Below are positions 1 through 14,500 of a stretch of 64,000 nt of DNA, piece by piece (the first letter of the stretch is position 1; every line of letters begins with the position of its first letter). The translations under genes and the position numbers were made by a program. The stretch covers positions 124,001 to 188,000 of the forward strand of contig MU053810.1 of the NCBI GenBank assembly GCA_013239625.1, written 5' to 3'. Origin of the DNA: Lama guanicoe. Its lineage: Eukaryota. Below the pieces are notes generated by a model. It saw only the letters and a program-made list of their open reading frames with translations. It did not search any database and had not been told where the DNA came from.

Positions 1-1730
1 AACATCTGACCTGGACCTGGGCAGAGGGGTGGAAGTGACAAAGGCGGCCTGACCAACAGCATCTGCCGAGTCTGGCCAACTGTGGGAGAAGAGCATGAGG
101 ACATGGGCCCAGAAAGTCCCTGGACCCTCAGGCAGGTGGACAGGGGCCGGCGGCGGGCTAGAGGCTGACTCTGGATGCAGACTCAAGGTGCCGCACGGGC
201 ATAAGGGCTGAGGGAGGGCTTTTGCAAAGCAGACGTTTGGAGCCGCCACCTGCTCGCCTCTTCAAGAGAGCATCCTTGAAGCCCCCTGGAAAAGTGGTTT
301 GCCCTGGTTTTCACGCTGTGCTCCCTCAGTCCCACACTCTTATCCAGTTTGGCTGGTTTCAGCACTGAAAGTCCTTCATCCCAGGAAAGCCTTCAGTCCT
401 CAGCAAACTGGGATCTTTGGCGACCTCGCCATCACAGGTCTTTGGTTTCTGGATTCCCTTGGTCAGAGGGACGGCTTCCAGCACTGGCTGGGTGGATCTC
501 TGGCCATCACTGTAGCGGCGGGTGTCCTGCTTGCCAGGCGGTCCCTGCTCCTCACCATCCTGAAAAACAGTGTCTTTCCAAGGCCGCTCCCCTCTCCTCC
601 CCTGGACCACCATCCTCTGAGAACAGGGCAGAAATCCGCAGAGACAACTTGTGTGAGCTGGAGGCTGTTCTCAGTTGTAAGGTGAGAAATGCATTTTTTA
701 AAAAAACAGATAAATTTTAAAACTGAATCGCTGGGAGCAGGGCCTTCATGCGTCATCCTCCTCGAGAGAAATGAGAGCTGCATGTGCAATTCACTCTCAA
801 CAGGATGGCATCTTGCTCCTTCAGTTGGGGAGGCTCTTAAATCTTTGCTGGGGTCGGGGGTGGGCAGGGGTCCATCTCCTTCACCACGAGGCTAGCCTTT
901 TGTCTGGGGGAAGCAGGCTTCTTCATTTCTGAACGCTGATGGCAAGAGGCCCCGAGGGTCTCCACTCAGAGAGGGGTTTGCTGGGGGAGCTGCCAGGAAG
1001 GTTCCTCTGCAGGTCCCCTCCCACAGCACCCTGGGGGAGAAGACGGCAGAACGGCTGAGCTGTTTTCTCAGAGAGCTGCCCCTCCAAGGAAGAAGGGGAG
1101 AGAAAGAGAAGGAATTGAAGTAAAGTGCATTCTTCACCTTGGAGACAGATTCTCGATCAATCCTCTTGTTACAATTTTTAAAATTGTAATTTCTTAAAAT
1201 TCCCTTTGGAGGAAAAAAAAATCTCGTAAAGGTTAACATAAAATTCTACCACGGACAAGCGTAAGAAATAGCTCGTGGAACTAAGAAGTACAGCTCGAGA
1301 GGACGTATTTCTTAGAAGGAAAAAAAAACCCTAATGCACAATATTTACCAATACTTAAATAATCCAGTTGAAACCTTTTTTTTGTCATGAATGAAAAAAT
1401 ACAACACAGATGGTTACCTCTACTGGGAAGAGCAGAAACGGCAGGGGAGAGGACTGGGAAATAATCCGTTCTACCAGAGCCTTGCGAGAGTCCTATATAC
1501 AGCACCAGAGCCTATGAAGTCAGCTCCCTTGAGTCAGTAAAGTTAGTGAGAAATGAACACTTCAGAATTGCAGTATAAAATATGGCCGTAAAAAAACTTC
1601 TGTCTTCCAGTCCTGTGCAGGGAGGCGCCCGGTGCAAGGTGGGATCGCTCTGGAGTGGCTGGTGGCGCTGGTGGTCCTCAGGGGGGCCCCCTTCCCTGGC
1701 CCGCCCCCTGGGCCCCACCTCCAGGGCCAG
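1..1730 (-). other. CAMK1D: CAMK1D 3' UTR (partial, probably continues left of the window)
   Basis: Follows the stop codon. I saw no AATAAA/ATTAAA on the minus strand in this interval. U-rich blocks at about 1150-1420. Confidence 0.75.
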
Positions 1731-1886
<156 letters not shown>

Positions 1887-2084
1887 TCAGTCCTCCTTCC
1901 CGCTGCAAGGGTTGGTGGCAGGGGGCAAACTTTTGTGTGCTTGACTACATTTTTACCTGCTTGTGGGAGAACATCTGCAGTGTATCCAAATTCTTCTTAG
2001 ACCCAAGTCTCCCCTCCTTGTTTCGTTGTAATAATTACGACTGCTTTGTATTTGGATACGAGATACAGCGTGGCTTAACCACCA

Positions 2085-2225
2085 TACCACAGGTTCCATT
2101 TACTGAGCACTTACTATGTGCTCGGCATCAGGTTAGGTATGGAACATACACCATCTTTCTAAGAAGTGTCTATTTCTTACAGCAGCTCCGTGAAGCAGGG
2201 ACTTTAAGAGTAAATAAAGAATGTG
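2085..2225. repeat. MIR SINE fragment
   Basis: catttactgagcacttactatgtgctcggca core motif; boundaries approximate. Confidence 0.6.
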
Positions 2226-3338
2226 ATACCCTTTTGTGACCCCAGCTTGGCCTGTGGTCTGGACTCTTGGCTGAGAAGCGTTTGTGACTCAGAGGACACT
2301 GACACGGGGCTGCTGACCAAGGCCCGTGGGAACTCAGCAGCCCCCTGGCCTAGATCATCCCTCGTGGGCCGTCCCTCCACTGCTGCCCCTGAGCAGATGC
2401 ACTGGCCTGATGGGAACGACCCTGTGTCTCTCGGCGCCGGAGGTGCACCCCCGCCCTGCCCCCGTGAGCTTTATGGGCTGGAGCACAGGGATGTGCATAA
2501 ACACATAACTCAGATGGCTTCGCTGTGGTCAGGGCTGCTGTCCGAAACTTCAAAGCAATGCGCGATAGTGGGGTTCCTTTTGACGAGAAGGTGGGAAGGA
2601 TGTGCCCAGAGATGTAAACGTGGGTTTAAGCAGCGTGCGACTGTCAGGGGACGCTTGTGGAGACTTCCTGGGAGAATTTAAAGGCTGGACATTCCGGAAT
2701 GGGATGGGAGCACTATTTTGAGAGGAAAGGAACCGACCCCTTTTGGGGCGCCTGGGAAGGAGTGTGATGCCCGGAGTGAGACCAAGCTGAAGGGTCTCAA
2801 GGGCTGAGATGAGGGCCTTTGGGGACGATGATGGCAGCCGCTCTGCAGTGCCAAGGGGCCCGCGGAAAAGCCTAGCGCGAGGTTAGGACAAGAACGCAGA
2901 GGGGCGTGGGAGGGAAAAATCAGGAGCGTGTCGGTGATGTGACGCTCGTGCAAAGGTGACGGACAGCAGAATATTAGTACCATTACTTTGATCGCAAAGC
3001 CAACGCACTTCATGTGAATTAGCTTAAAAGATCATCATTTAAAAAAGATATCTTAAAAGACAATGAGATGGGGCTGTCACGAGTCTTCGTCATCCCTTCC
3101 TCAACCCCTAAAGGGGATGCGAAATGAAAAGCCAATCAGAACACGGGGAGTGGGTCAGAAAGCATCTGGGCTATTGTCCGGACACCCATGGCTGAGCGGG
3201 GCTTGAGCCACAGGTTTCTCACCTAAAAATGGCCATGATAATCCCAAGAGTTGTATAAATATGAAGTAATGAAATATAAAAAAATATTTACAAAAGTAGT
3301 GTCCTAGGATCTTGGGGGGGCGGTATTAAATGGGATCA

Positions 3339-3602
<264 letters not shown>

Positions 3603-4412
3603 TCAATACTCCAGTCAACGAGGAAAGACTCAGACCGTCTCCTATCGTTTCTGCTGTGACCCCAAGTTCAAACTTCTTAAAACGTTCTCATGACACTCCA
3701 GAAACTTGCCCCTTCTTCCAAAAGCACACTAGTCATTTGGCCTCCCCTCCCCACCATCAAAATATATTTTGGAGATTAAAAAAAATATTTTTCTTCTGAC
3801 ATAATAATGTAGATTAGGGCATAAATGTAACCCAATTCCGTCCATAATTGAAGAGAAGTGACTTCTAGAATTAAAGGCATATTATAATAACACCAAAACT
3901 TAAAGGATGATATTTTAAGAGTGTTCATTTTCTACTTTTTGGTGCTTTTATCCTAATAGCATTTCCTTGGAATAAAGTGGGTCAGTGGAATTACTGTTGT
4001 ATCTGCACGGTCTCTCTCTGTCAGCTCTCGTGGAAAAACAGCCAGCTCTTAATTACCCACACTGAAGAGACCATGGCGTTTAGGTAATGGTTCAAATCCA
4101 CGACGTTTTTTACCAGAAAGCATGGATGAGTTCAATTCAGATTTCCTTTCTTTACCCCCTTTATATCACTTCGATAAAAGTCGACTCTCCAAAGTCCCAG
4201 CAAAGTGAAGGAAGACAACAGGGATTATGTTCTTAAGAAATAGCAAGTGAAGAAGAGATGGTGGCATTGCTATTTTTGGATCACAGAGGGGAGGTGTTAA
4301 ATCATATACTTCAGCCCTCTCACACCACGATGCTCTCCTCAAGTCTTAATCCTTTTTGGTTAAAATGAGCACAGTTATTTGGGTGAGGTTCTGGGGATTT
4401 TCATCAAATTCA

Positions 4413-4760
<348 letters not shown>

Positions 4761-7700
4761 TTATTTCGCCCCACGGTGAAATGCACATGATCCACCACCA
4801 CCATGCTCCAATCCTGTCCACTTCCTGCCCCGCACCCGCTCCAGGATGGCCGGCACCTCCGTGGTGGACCGCTTGGCCTGGCTCCCCTTTCTTCCCTTTT
4901 GGACCCCAATTCCTGCAACATCAGAGTCCACAATGAGCACACAGCCTGAACTCAGTTTCCTCTCCCTACCTCTCCCCAGCTTCCTACCTGCCTTGCCTCA
5001 CCTCTGAGGTCTCAAGCCTGTCCCTACCTGATCTGACCACCGGATCCCTTCCCAGGGCCTTCCTCCCAGCTCCCTCCCCACACCCCTCTCTCTGGCATCT
5101 CCAGGACCTCTGATCCATGGACCTGCTCACATCCCCAGGCCCACAGCTCCCTTCTGGCTCCATCCTGTGTACACTAAGCTCCACTGTGTTCCTCTCACCC
5201 TCCCCCCAGCACCCTCCACCTGCTCTGTGCTCAGTGAGAGGGCTCCCGGCCTCAGCTCAGCCCTGTTTGGCACACCTGCTCCTGCATTTCCTCGCAAGCT
5301 TCTCAGAACTGCAAGGACCACGGCCACACTACATTCCACTGGGTCCCTGATCTCACCGGATAATCTTTCATGTAGTTCTTGCTTGACCTCAGCCTTCCAT
5401 CAGCAGGGAGGAAGGCAGGGTACCTTTTACCTCCTGTCCTTAGCACTCCCTCACCTTATTACGTCCTCCCTCTGCTTGGTCATGTGCCTTCTCCTCTCTG
5501 CCCGCCCCCCCACCCACTGCTTTCAGTCTCCAGTCTTGTGGATGCCTGGAGGCCCCGCCAGCTCATTCTTCACCCTTGCCTCAGCACCATCCTCCCTCCA
5601 CGGCCCCCAGTTACACAGGAAGCTGTGTTTTGCTTGAATGGGCTTGAATCCATCCATCTTCCCTTCCCTTTAGCACCAAACTATTCAATTCTAAGCTGAT
5701 GTCTGATGCCTAAGAAATAATTTCTTGGGTCTCAGTAGTTAAGGGGCAGACAGATGCCAAGAACACTGACCATCTTTTCTGGCTGGAAGTTGAGAGGTAG
5801 GTGAGGGAGCCCGTCAGGTCCCAGACCTAGATGGCCCTGGACACAAACCAGCCTGGACCCAGACTATTTGGGACAGACTGTTTTTAAAAGTGACATCCTC
5901 AGAAGAGAATGCCAGTGCCCCTCGTGGTTGGTCAGCTCTTGGAAACGAGGGGGCAGATGTGGTAGGAAGTACGGGCTTCCTCGGGCTGAGCACCGCCGCA
6001 GGGCAGAGCCTGCTCCGAACCAACAGACCGGGGTGGGGTGGGTGGGGGTCAGGGAGACTCCCTTCTCTGTGGGTGAGTGTGGCCGAGATGGGAGAAAAAG
6101 GCAAACTTCCAATTATTTGGGGACTGTCCCGCGCTCACTTCCCACAGTCCCAGGTAAGAACCAAGCGGGGCGCACGGTGGCCCAGAGCCCCTGTTAAGCA
6201 GTCTTCTAGGAGGTGAAGCCACCCAGGCGTGTGACAGCACATGACCTCCCTCCGATGTGCACCACGATCTCTCTGCAGCTCCCGGCAGCCAGGGAGTTCA
6301 CAGGGACAACACAGGACGCTCCGCGACACCAGCTCAGCACCGTTCACAAAGCCGGAGGCACGGAATCTTAGAACCGGAAGGGACCCTGGCGGTCACCCTG
6401 ATTGTCTTAGGAGTTGAACAATGCCTCGGAGACAGAAGAAGTCCCTGACGAACCTGTACACACAGACGTAAAGCTCTGGGCACCACACTCACGTGGGTCA
6501 CGGACTCTCTCTTCCCAGCTTTTGCCGCTGAACTAACACCACAGGCGACATCTGTATAAATCATGCTTCATCAGGCCAGTCTGCTCTCCCCCTCCACAAG
6601 CAGGTCATCAAACTGACCTCTCCTTGCCCTCTGCTGTTGGTGCGCTGTGCGTGGTCTGATCTACCTGCCAGACTGACGGTGCATTTCCCAGCCTCTAGAC
6701 AGGCTTGGTGATGCCTGGTGTGGATCCCGGACTCCTGGGGTCCTTCCCAATGCCTACAGTCACCATGGCTCGGCTGGCTGGAGCCCCAAGAAGGGAAGGG
6801 GTCTCCAGGGACACCGAGGTGGGGGCTGCAGATGCTACTCTGGCCTGGCCAACACACAACATTCCCCCAGGTGGGCACACTGCCGTTGCCGCGGGGGCTC
6901 AGTGTCACGTGGGATGCTGACAGCCAGGATAGTCACTGAAACCGGAGGCAGAGGTTCAGGACAACCCAAACGAGGTGCTTCTCTGGAACCAGGACTGGGT
7001 CTCATCCTGCCTCTCGCCATTCCCTACTCTCTGGCCACCGGCCAGGGGCCTGCTGGTCCCCTACCATCCACCACCAAGAGGAAGACAAGGCCTCCATGAG
7101 GGGCAGGGGACACATCTGGTGAGATGGGCTGACTGCCCCCTTCAAGGGCAGCTTTGAAAGGAGCCCTGTCCTGGCTGCAGTGGCCTGCTTGGGGCTCAGG
7201 GGGGCCCCAGCCGTGGGCGGCCGCGATTAGTCAGAAGAGCAAGTGCAGAGTAAGAGATGATGCTTTCTGGACACATGGATGTGCTGGGACCACCCCCCCC
7301 AGAACGGTGAGGTCGATAAAGCCCTACTCACTGGAATAATGACTCCACTTTCTGCAAGCTCTCAGCAGAATCAGTTTTAAAATTGTCTGGGGGCAATTTT
7401 ACATAAAAGAAACAAGTCTATCATAAATGCAGGCCAGCAGGGCGTCTTGGTGATGCTGGAGTCAAGTGTACCCCTGTTTATAATTTTCCGACACGACTTC
7501 TGGGAATTGTGAAATGTGCAGTAAAAATCCTAAAACACTGAGAGAAGAACCCACCTCTACAGTCAGGAGGCATTTATTTCTGCAGCTGACGTGCCAGCAC
7601 ATTTTAACGTGACCCAGGCGGAGGCCTGTGAAGTCAGCTTCTCCAGCTCGACCTCCTTCCTGAGCTCCAGACTCATTCAGCAAAGCGCCCACCACAGATC

Positions 7701-8734
7701 TGCACTGCTGGCACCTTCCTCTTCATTCTCTTCCACTCACATCTGCCTGTTCCCCCAGCACCACCATCCTCCCCGTCCCTTAAACTGGAAAATTGGGAAA
7801 ACCTTGCCACGCCTGACCCTTTGCCTCACTCCTCCCACAGGTCTTTCGAAGACCCACAGCTTCCCCACCCCTGGACTGTCTCTCTGCCCCCTCCATCCCC
7901 AGACGCCGGCACTGGGCAGGCCACCTCCGCCCTCCCTCTACTTCTGGTCTGCACTTCCTACCCTCCCCCACCCCCAACACCTCATCCCCGCTCCTGCACG
8001 CAGGCTGAGCTTTCAGAAATGCCAATCAGATCACCCTGCTTAAAACCTGTCAGAGGCCCCCACCGCCCAAAAGGAAAAGTACAAATTCCTGGGCGCAGTT
8101 AGGAAATTATGGCAGCTCACGTTGGGGAGATGATCAGGGACTCTTCTTTTCGTGGATTACTGCATTCGACCCCTTGAAAGTCTCTACAGGAGATGCACTG
8201 CTGTCACTTAGGGTCTCAGCTCTGCAGGGGAGGCCCAAGGGCGAGGGGCCTGCACACCCGCCCTGCCGGCTGGAGCCCAGGGCTGGAGCCCAGGCAGCCC
8301 TGCCAGAGCTCACGTCAGCACCTGCTGGTCCTTCCTTTCTGTGGCCTCAGCTCCCACCTCCCTCCTTTGTCCACTCTCCTCCGGGAATACCAAAGTCAAG
8401 GCTCCAAGGATGGGCGTGCAATTTAAGCCCCCATGCCAGGCCTGGAGTCCCATCACCCGACCCCAGAGAGCCGGGTGGAAGCCTCGGTGTGAGGCTGCAT
8501 CTCCGTGAAGATTCTGCTGAGCCCATCCTGCCCCCCCGCCAGGCCCCTCAGAGTAAAGCTGACCTCCCCCTTCCTTGTTTCTTCAAAAACATCTGGTGAA
8601 GGAGAGAGGAGGCTTTTAACCGGCCTCCTTCCTGCCTCCTGCCAAGTGAGGCTGGATTAGTAAACAAGAAGCAAGTCACTTCCCTTGTTTCGAGGTCATT
8701 TTCCTCCTAAGATAACCTCTAAAGTCTCATACAT

Positions 8735-8985
8735 ACAAGATAAAAAACACTGGGGGTGTCATGTACAACGTGATGATTACGGGGAACGCTGCTTTATGGT
8801 ATATTCGAAAGCTGTTAGAAAATGCTCAAAGTTGTCATCACAAGGGAAAAGAAATTTTCTAACTATATAAGGTGGTGGATGTCAAGTAAACCTATTATAC
8901 TAGTCACTTTGCAATACATGCAGAAGTCAAATTTTTATGCGCTACACCTTAAACGTCTATCTCTAACACAAAGAAAAAAGTTTCA
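8735..8985 (+). mobile_element. Old L1 (L1MA-like) 3' UTR fragment
   Basis: Resembles L1 3' ends: ...gtcatgtacaacgtgatgatta...tcatcacaagggaaaagaaattttctaactatataaggtggtggatg... Confidence 0.65.
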
Positions 8986-9639
8986 TCCAGCTGTAAAAGC
9001 CTACTGTTTACAAAATAAGAAAAACCTTCAATATCTTCAGCATCATGTACTTTGACCTACTGTCCAAAGTGACTTATTAAAAAAAATCAAGATGATAGAC
9101 AATCAAAACTGCCTCTTTAGCAAATTCCTTCCTCCCCCATCTCTCCTCCTGTCAGGGAAGTGCAGCATTCTGGACTCTTGACAGTTCTGCCTGGAAACGA
9201 CGTTAGCTGTCTGTGTCCTGTTCACTAAGCCACTTTATCTTTCTAAATCTACCTCCTTATCTCTAAAATGGAGACAAAACCTCCCTTACAGGGCTCTCAT
9301 AAAGGGAAAAGTGAGTATTTTAATATGATCAGCACAGTGCATGGTGGAACATCACAGATATTCAAAACATGACGGCTGTTATGATAAATTAAAACACTGT
9401 GAAGCTGGGTCACAAAGGGACTGTAGGCAGCTCCCCCTCTGGAAAGGTTAACCAGCATATGAGAATCTGGAAAAAATGCTGCAGGAGATGGTGGAACAGG
9501 AGATGGTGGGTGGGACAGTTTTCTAGGGGGCTTGTCCGGGGGACCGCTCCTGACACGGCTCTGTGCACTGTGCTTCGCTACTCCTGGCCTTTGTTTCAGG
9601 CTGGAGGCTCACGGTGCTTTAATAAGACAGCTTAACACA

Positions 9640-9800
9640 TTAACCCCATGCCAGATGTGCTCAGCCCTTTATGTGTGTGCGTGATCTCAGTTACTGCTCA
9701 TGTCGACCCTGCACGCCAGGCATCGTTATTTCCATTTTAAAGATGAGAAGAATTCAGGTTCAGAAAAGCATAAAACCTAAGGTCACCAGGTTCGCACCTA
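9640..9800. repeat. MIR SINE fragment
   Basis: ttatttccattttaaagatgagaagaattcaggttcaga...cctaaggtcac core motif. Confidence 0.6.
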
Positions 9801-10259
9801 GTCAGCGACATGAAAACCAGGCGGCCTCAGGGCCCTGCTGCAGACATAGTCCAGGAGGCCGTAAACTATCCATGAACCCCTCTGGAGGTGAAGAAACACT
9901 AACTGAAAAGCATCGTAAAAGAAAAAGAACATATAACGTCAATTCGCTTACTACCGAGCAATAGCTCAAGGAATAAAACTCCAACCTTAACACCTCCTTG
10001 GGGAATTACCTTCAATAAAGATGATCCTAAAATATTTCCCATAAAGTGAAAAACCTACAGCTATTTTTTTGCACAGTTGTCATTTCTGCATTCAGAAGAC
10101 CGTGTCCCCAAGTGCTGGCCTGGGGAAGGATGAGAGCCAGTGGCCAGATGGGGTGCAAGCTTCACCCGAGGGGTTCACAGTGATGATCAGCCAACTGAAA
10201 GTTTACTCTGGGACGGCGTCAGCCGACAGGGTCTTTCCGGGGATGGACGGGGTTCTTAC

Positions 10260-10338
10260 CATGGGTGCCGAGCTGCCTGCTCGCATGTGTATCTTTTATT
10301 TGGATCTTTCTCCATCAGATTCCGAATGAAGTCCTTTG
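10260..10338 (-). CDS. CAMK1D: CAMK1D coding exon 8 (79 bp), end of kinase domain
   Basis: (A)KDFIRNLMEKDPNKRYTCEQAARHP(W). Acceptor gaacAG; donor ATG|GTAAGA. Confidence 0.97.
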
Positions 10339-11174
10339 CTGTTCAAAAAAAAGGCACAAGGGGAGAAATCAGCATGTGTGACTTGAGAGATGACAAGATG
10401 ATACCAGTAGAGGTATCGAGGGTACCATAAAAAACACAAGACCAGGGACCTGGGACAAAAAGGCGAGGTGGTACCAGCATTTGCAGGAAAGGGAAACCAA
10501 GGCTGGGGATGCTGTGTGTTGATCCAGCAAACGAGGAGGCAGCCGAGCCAGCGCTGGGACCCCACCTTCCCAGCTCCGAGTCCTTTCCTGCCGGCAGCTA
10601 GCGGCATCTTCGGTTCAGGGGAAAGATGAGATACCTTTGTCCCCAGGTGCCTGTCGCTCAGCTCTGTGCTGCCATAGGGAGCTGTTTTGTTGACTTCTCT
10701 CCATGTGTAGATGTCACTAATTCAACAAAGTCACCTGAGCACCCACTGGGCCACTGGGGCCCTGACTAGCTCTGTGGACGTGTCACCTTCCAGAGGCCCA
10801 ACCTGCAGCCCGTGCCAATGGTTACAGACAGTGAGCAGGAAACTGTGATGCCAGAGAGGTGCCCTGGTGGGGAGGCAGAGTGTGCCTGGAGGCCCAGGAC
10901 CAGGGATGACCCAGAAGCAGGATGCTGGGAATGTGGGGGACTGGGTTCCAGAATAGGAGGATGACCCTGTGTGCCAGGTGGGGGAGCTGTCACCTCTGGG
11001 GCCTGGCATCCCACTGGCCACAGGACTGGACTCCTGGGGACGGCAGTGCCCTTCCAAGCTCAGAAGGAAGCTATTCCCCCAGCAGCTCTTTCCTGTTAGC
11101 CTTGGAGAACTGTACTCTGCTCCCAGGCTTTGGAAGATTGAGGAAGAAAGCAGGGTGTTCCCAGCTAGGAGGCA

Positions 11175-11598
<424 letters not shown>

Positions 11599-14500
11599 TC
11601 AGGCTGGTCTGACACCCAGCCCAGAGGAAGAGCTTTCCCCCGAGCTGGCGAAGGCTGCACCGTGTGCGCTGCAGACACCGTCTCCACCAAGAAATCACAC
11701 CTCCTACGTGTCCAGGCGGCACCTAAGTCAGCCTGTGACTTCACAGGGAGCAAAAAGGGGTAAACGCAGGTGGCAGCCGAGGCAAACGCATGCACTCAGT
11801 TCGTCTTAACTCTGCGCACCTTAATCCCGGCCGCTGGACGCCCGGAACACCTACCAGGCAGCCTTCTGCGCATAAATGTAACTGATCTTGCTGCTCGTGA
11901 GAGCAGCCCTCAGAGATGATGGGTTAATGAAATAAACAAAACACACGTTTAATATGCATTTCAGGACCTTTCCAGATTCACTTTATTTAATAAGTCATCA
12001 GAGGAAGAAAAGGAAACTTTATCAGCTGGAGGAACCAAGTCGCCACAAGTGGCTCCAAACCACAAAGCATCCCCCGACCCGGCCCAGATCGGGGACTGGG
12101 AAGGGTATAGTTTCACCCATTAATATGCAAGAAGCAGAAGGCGGCATAAACGATAACACGATCACCCTTTTCCCACTGAGCCCTTTCAAAGTTGACTTTT
12201 TAAAGATCTGATTAGGATGTCGGTGAACAGACCTTTTAGTTCCAGGGGTTCATCTGACAAACATAACAGGAGTAGAGATTTTTACTAAAGACCCCAAATA
12301 CAATTTGTTCCATGAAATTGTGGGTTCTCACTCCCAGTTCTGCCACCAGCTCTGACGTGACCTCTACCATTAATAGGCCAGTGAGGCATTTTCTGGACCA
12401 AAATGTCCTCATCTGAACATGGAGTGGCCAGACTAGAAAGTTCCTAGTATTTTTCCTGGCTCTAAGATGCTGTGGCCCTATGCCTCCTTCTCCCAGCTTG
12501 TCTGGGGAAACACCTAGTGCAGGCTGGAGGCCCACGTGGGGCAGGCCCCGGCTGGGCCTGGACATCGGGAGGGCATGGGGTTTAGGCTGATGCCATGAGG
12601 GACAGACAGAGCAGAAGGCAAGGCTGGATTCCTCAAGGCCAGGTGCAAAGCTGGATGGCGTAGATCCTGGTTCTGGGCTGGTGACAACCCAGGGGGTGGC
12701 AGCCACAGTGCCAGAGTTCTGTCCTCAGAGGAGCCGTGGGTGACTCCTCCCACACAGCCAAACTTTGTTCAAAGCACAGCTACAGCCTAGAGACCGATTT
12801 AATGGGAACGATCGAACAGGAATCAATAGAATCCAGGCCTTCGAGGGATTTCGACTGTCGGCAACTAAGAAATTTACTAGAGGTTCGAAACACACAGCTT
12901 TAGGACAATTTTTCAGCCCCTCCTGCCACACATGGGATTGCTGGCCACGCTGCACAGGGGAGAGGCTGATGACTTTTTAAAAGCTGTGGGACATTCTGTG
13001 GGCTGGTAAGATTCAAAATCATCTATCCCCTCAAGGTTGATTTAGGGGCTAAGTGCCTGGAAATTTTCATTTTTTAAAAGATCTGCTGCTCTTGGTGAAA
13101 TGAATAAGAAGAGCCAGGGCTTCTGAAACCACGAAGCACATATTTCACTGCCCAGGAAACCCTGGGGCTAAGTGATGGATATGGAAGTGTTTCCCATAAT
13201 GAGGATTTGGGCTAAACAAAGTGTGCATACTAAGAAAAGGAGACAGAGTGAAATGTTAGCTCATCTCGGAAAATAATGAAATTTTAGACACGTGAGGTTT
13301 TTGTTTATTAACAACAGACTGTGTTTTACTTTACAGTTTGGCTTTCTTTTCAGGGAAAAAAAAGTCTTAAAGATAATCCCAAGACAGATTTATTCCTCTT
13401 GTGCCAATTTTCTTCAAGTAATCCTGATTTCTTCTGGCTTCAGCTCTTTTGGTGGGGGGATTGTATAGAATATTGTTTACTTGGCTACACTGAGGATAGA
13501 AGGAAAGGAAATGGATGGAACTTGGGGACTAAGCTAAAATTAAGCAAGAAGATTTTGAAATAAGGATCGAAACAGAACAGAAGGGCAAGGAGAAGTTGTA
13601 AAATCTTCCTCAGACCTCGAAATTTCCCAGAGCTCCCTGGCTGGGATATTTCAGGAGTAGGCTTGTCTGGTGGGTTCAAATGGGAGAAATAACTTTGAGC
13701 TATTTCTGTTGCCATATACAGAACGCTGACTCCCCCACACGGTCCTGGACCTGTCCATTTGCGGTATCATCTCTGTCTTCACATTTGGCACGTCAAACCA
13801 TTTAAATAATCTACAAATCATCTCGCCATGGGTTCTCAAAGATGATAAAGCCACTCCCAATTGTTCGAGGCCGAAAAGCCCTGGTTCAAAATAACATCTA
13901 CATCTGCCAACCCAATGACTGCCCAATACGGGCACCTGGCCTTCACGGGCTGGTCCATCACCTCCATTCCCAGCCTCAGGACAGTCGTCCAGGGAGATCG
14001 CTTTATACCTCCTACCTTTCCTGTGCTACTTAGTCTGCCATCTTATCTACCTCGGCACAACTTCCACAAACGCATGGCTAGACTCTAGTACGGCCTTGAC
14101 TGAGTGCTTAGTTTGGGTCAAAATCTCCACCAAGAGCTTTGCTGTATTATCCCCCTTAAACCTCACTCCCCCAGGAGGTGGGTGTCCCCGACAACTTCCC
14201 TTCGCTCTTTAGGGCCACTCTCCACTATGCCTTTCCTGGGAGGCTGACCTGTGCGGAGGGTTGAAAGAGGGTTGAACTCTCTGACACCCGGGAGGGGGTC
14301 GGTCGATAGGGAGACAGTGGAGGGAGGAGGAAACCAGGGACAGGCTAAGTGGAGCCCTGGCCCCTCCACCCAGGCTCAGGCTGGTTACACCCGTGACCAA
14401 GGGCCACTGCCCCTCTGGAGTGGGGAGACTCCGTCAGGCTCTCCCTTTGGTGAGGTAACTGCTTCCTCCCTCCCCTGATCACCGAGGATCCAAGGGTGTT

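Noticed and set aside
9482..9509. CAGGAGATGGTGG repeated twice (similarly GGCTGGAGCCCAG twice near 8268-8293)
   Set aside because: Two-copy slippage duplications, not arrays; no CRISPR-like repeat-spacer structure was seen anywhere in the window.
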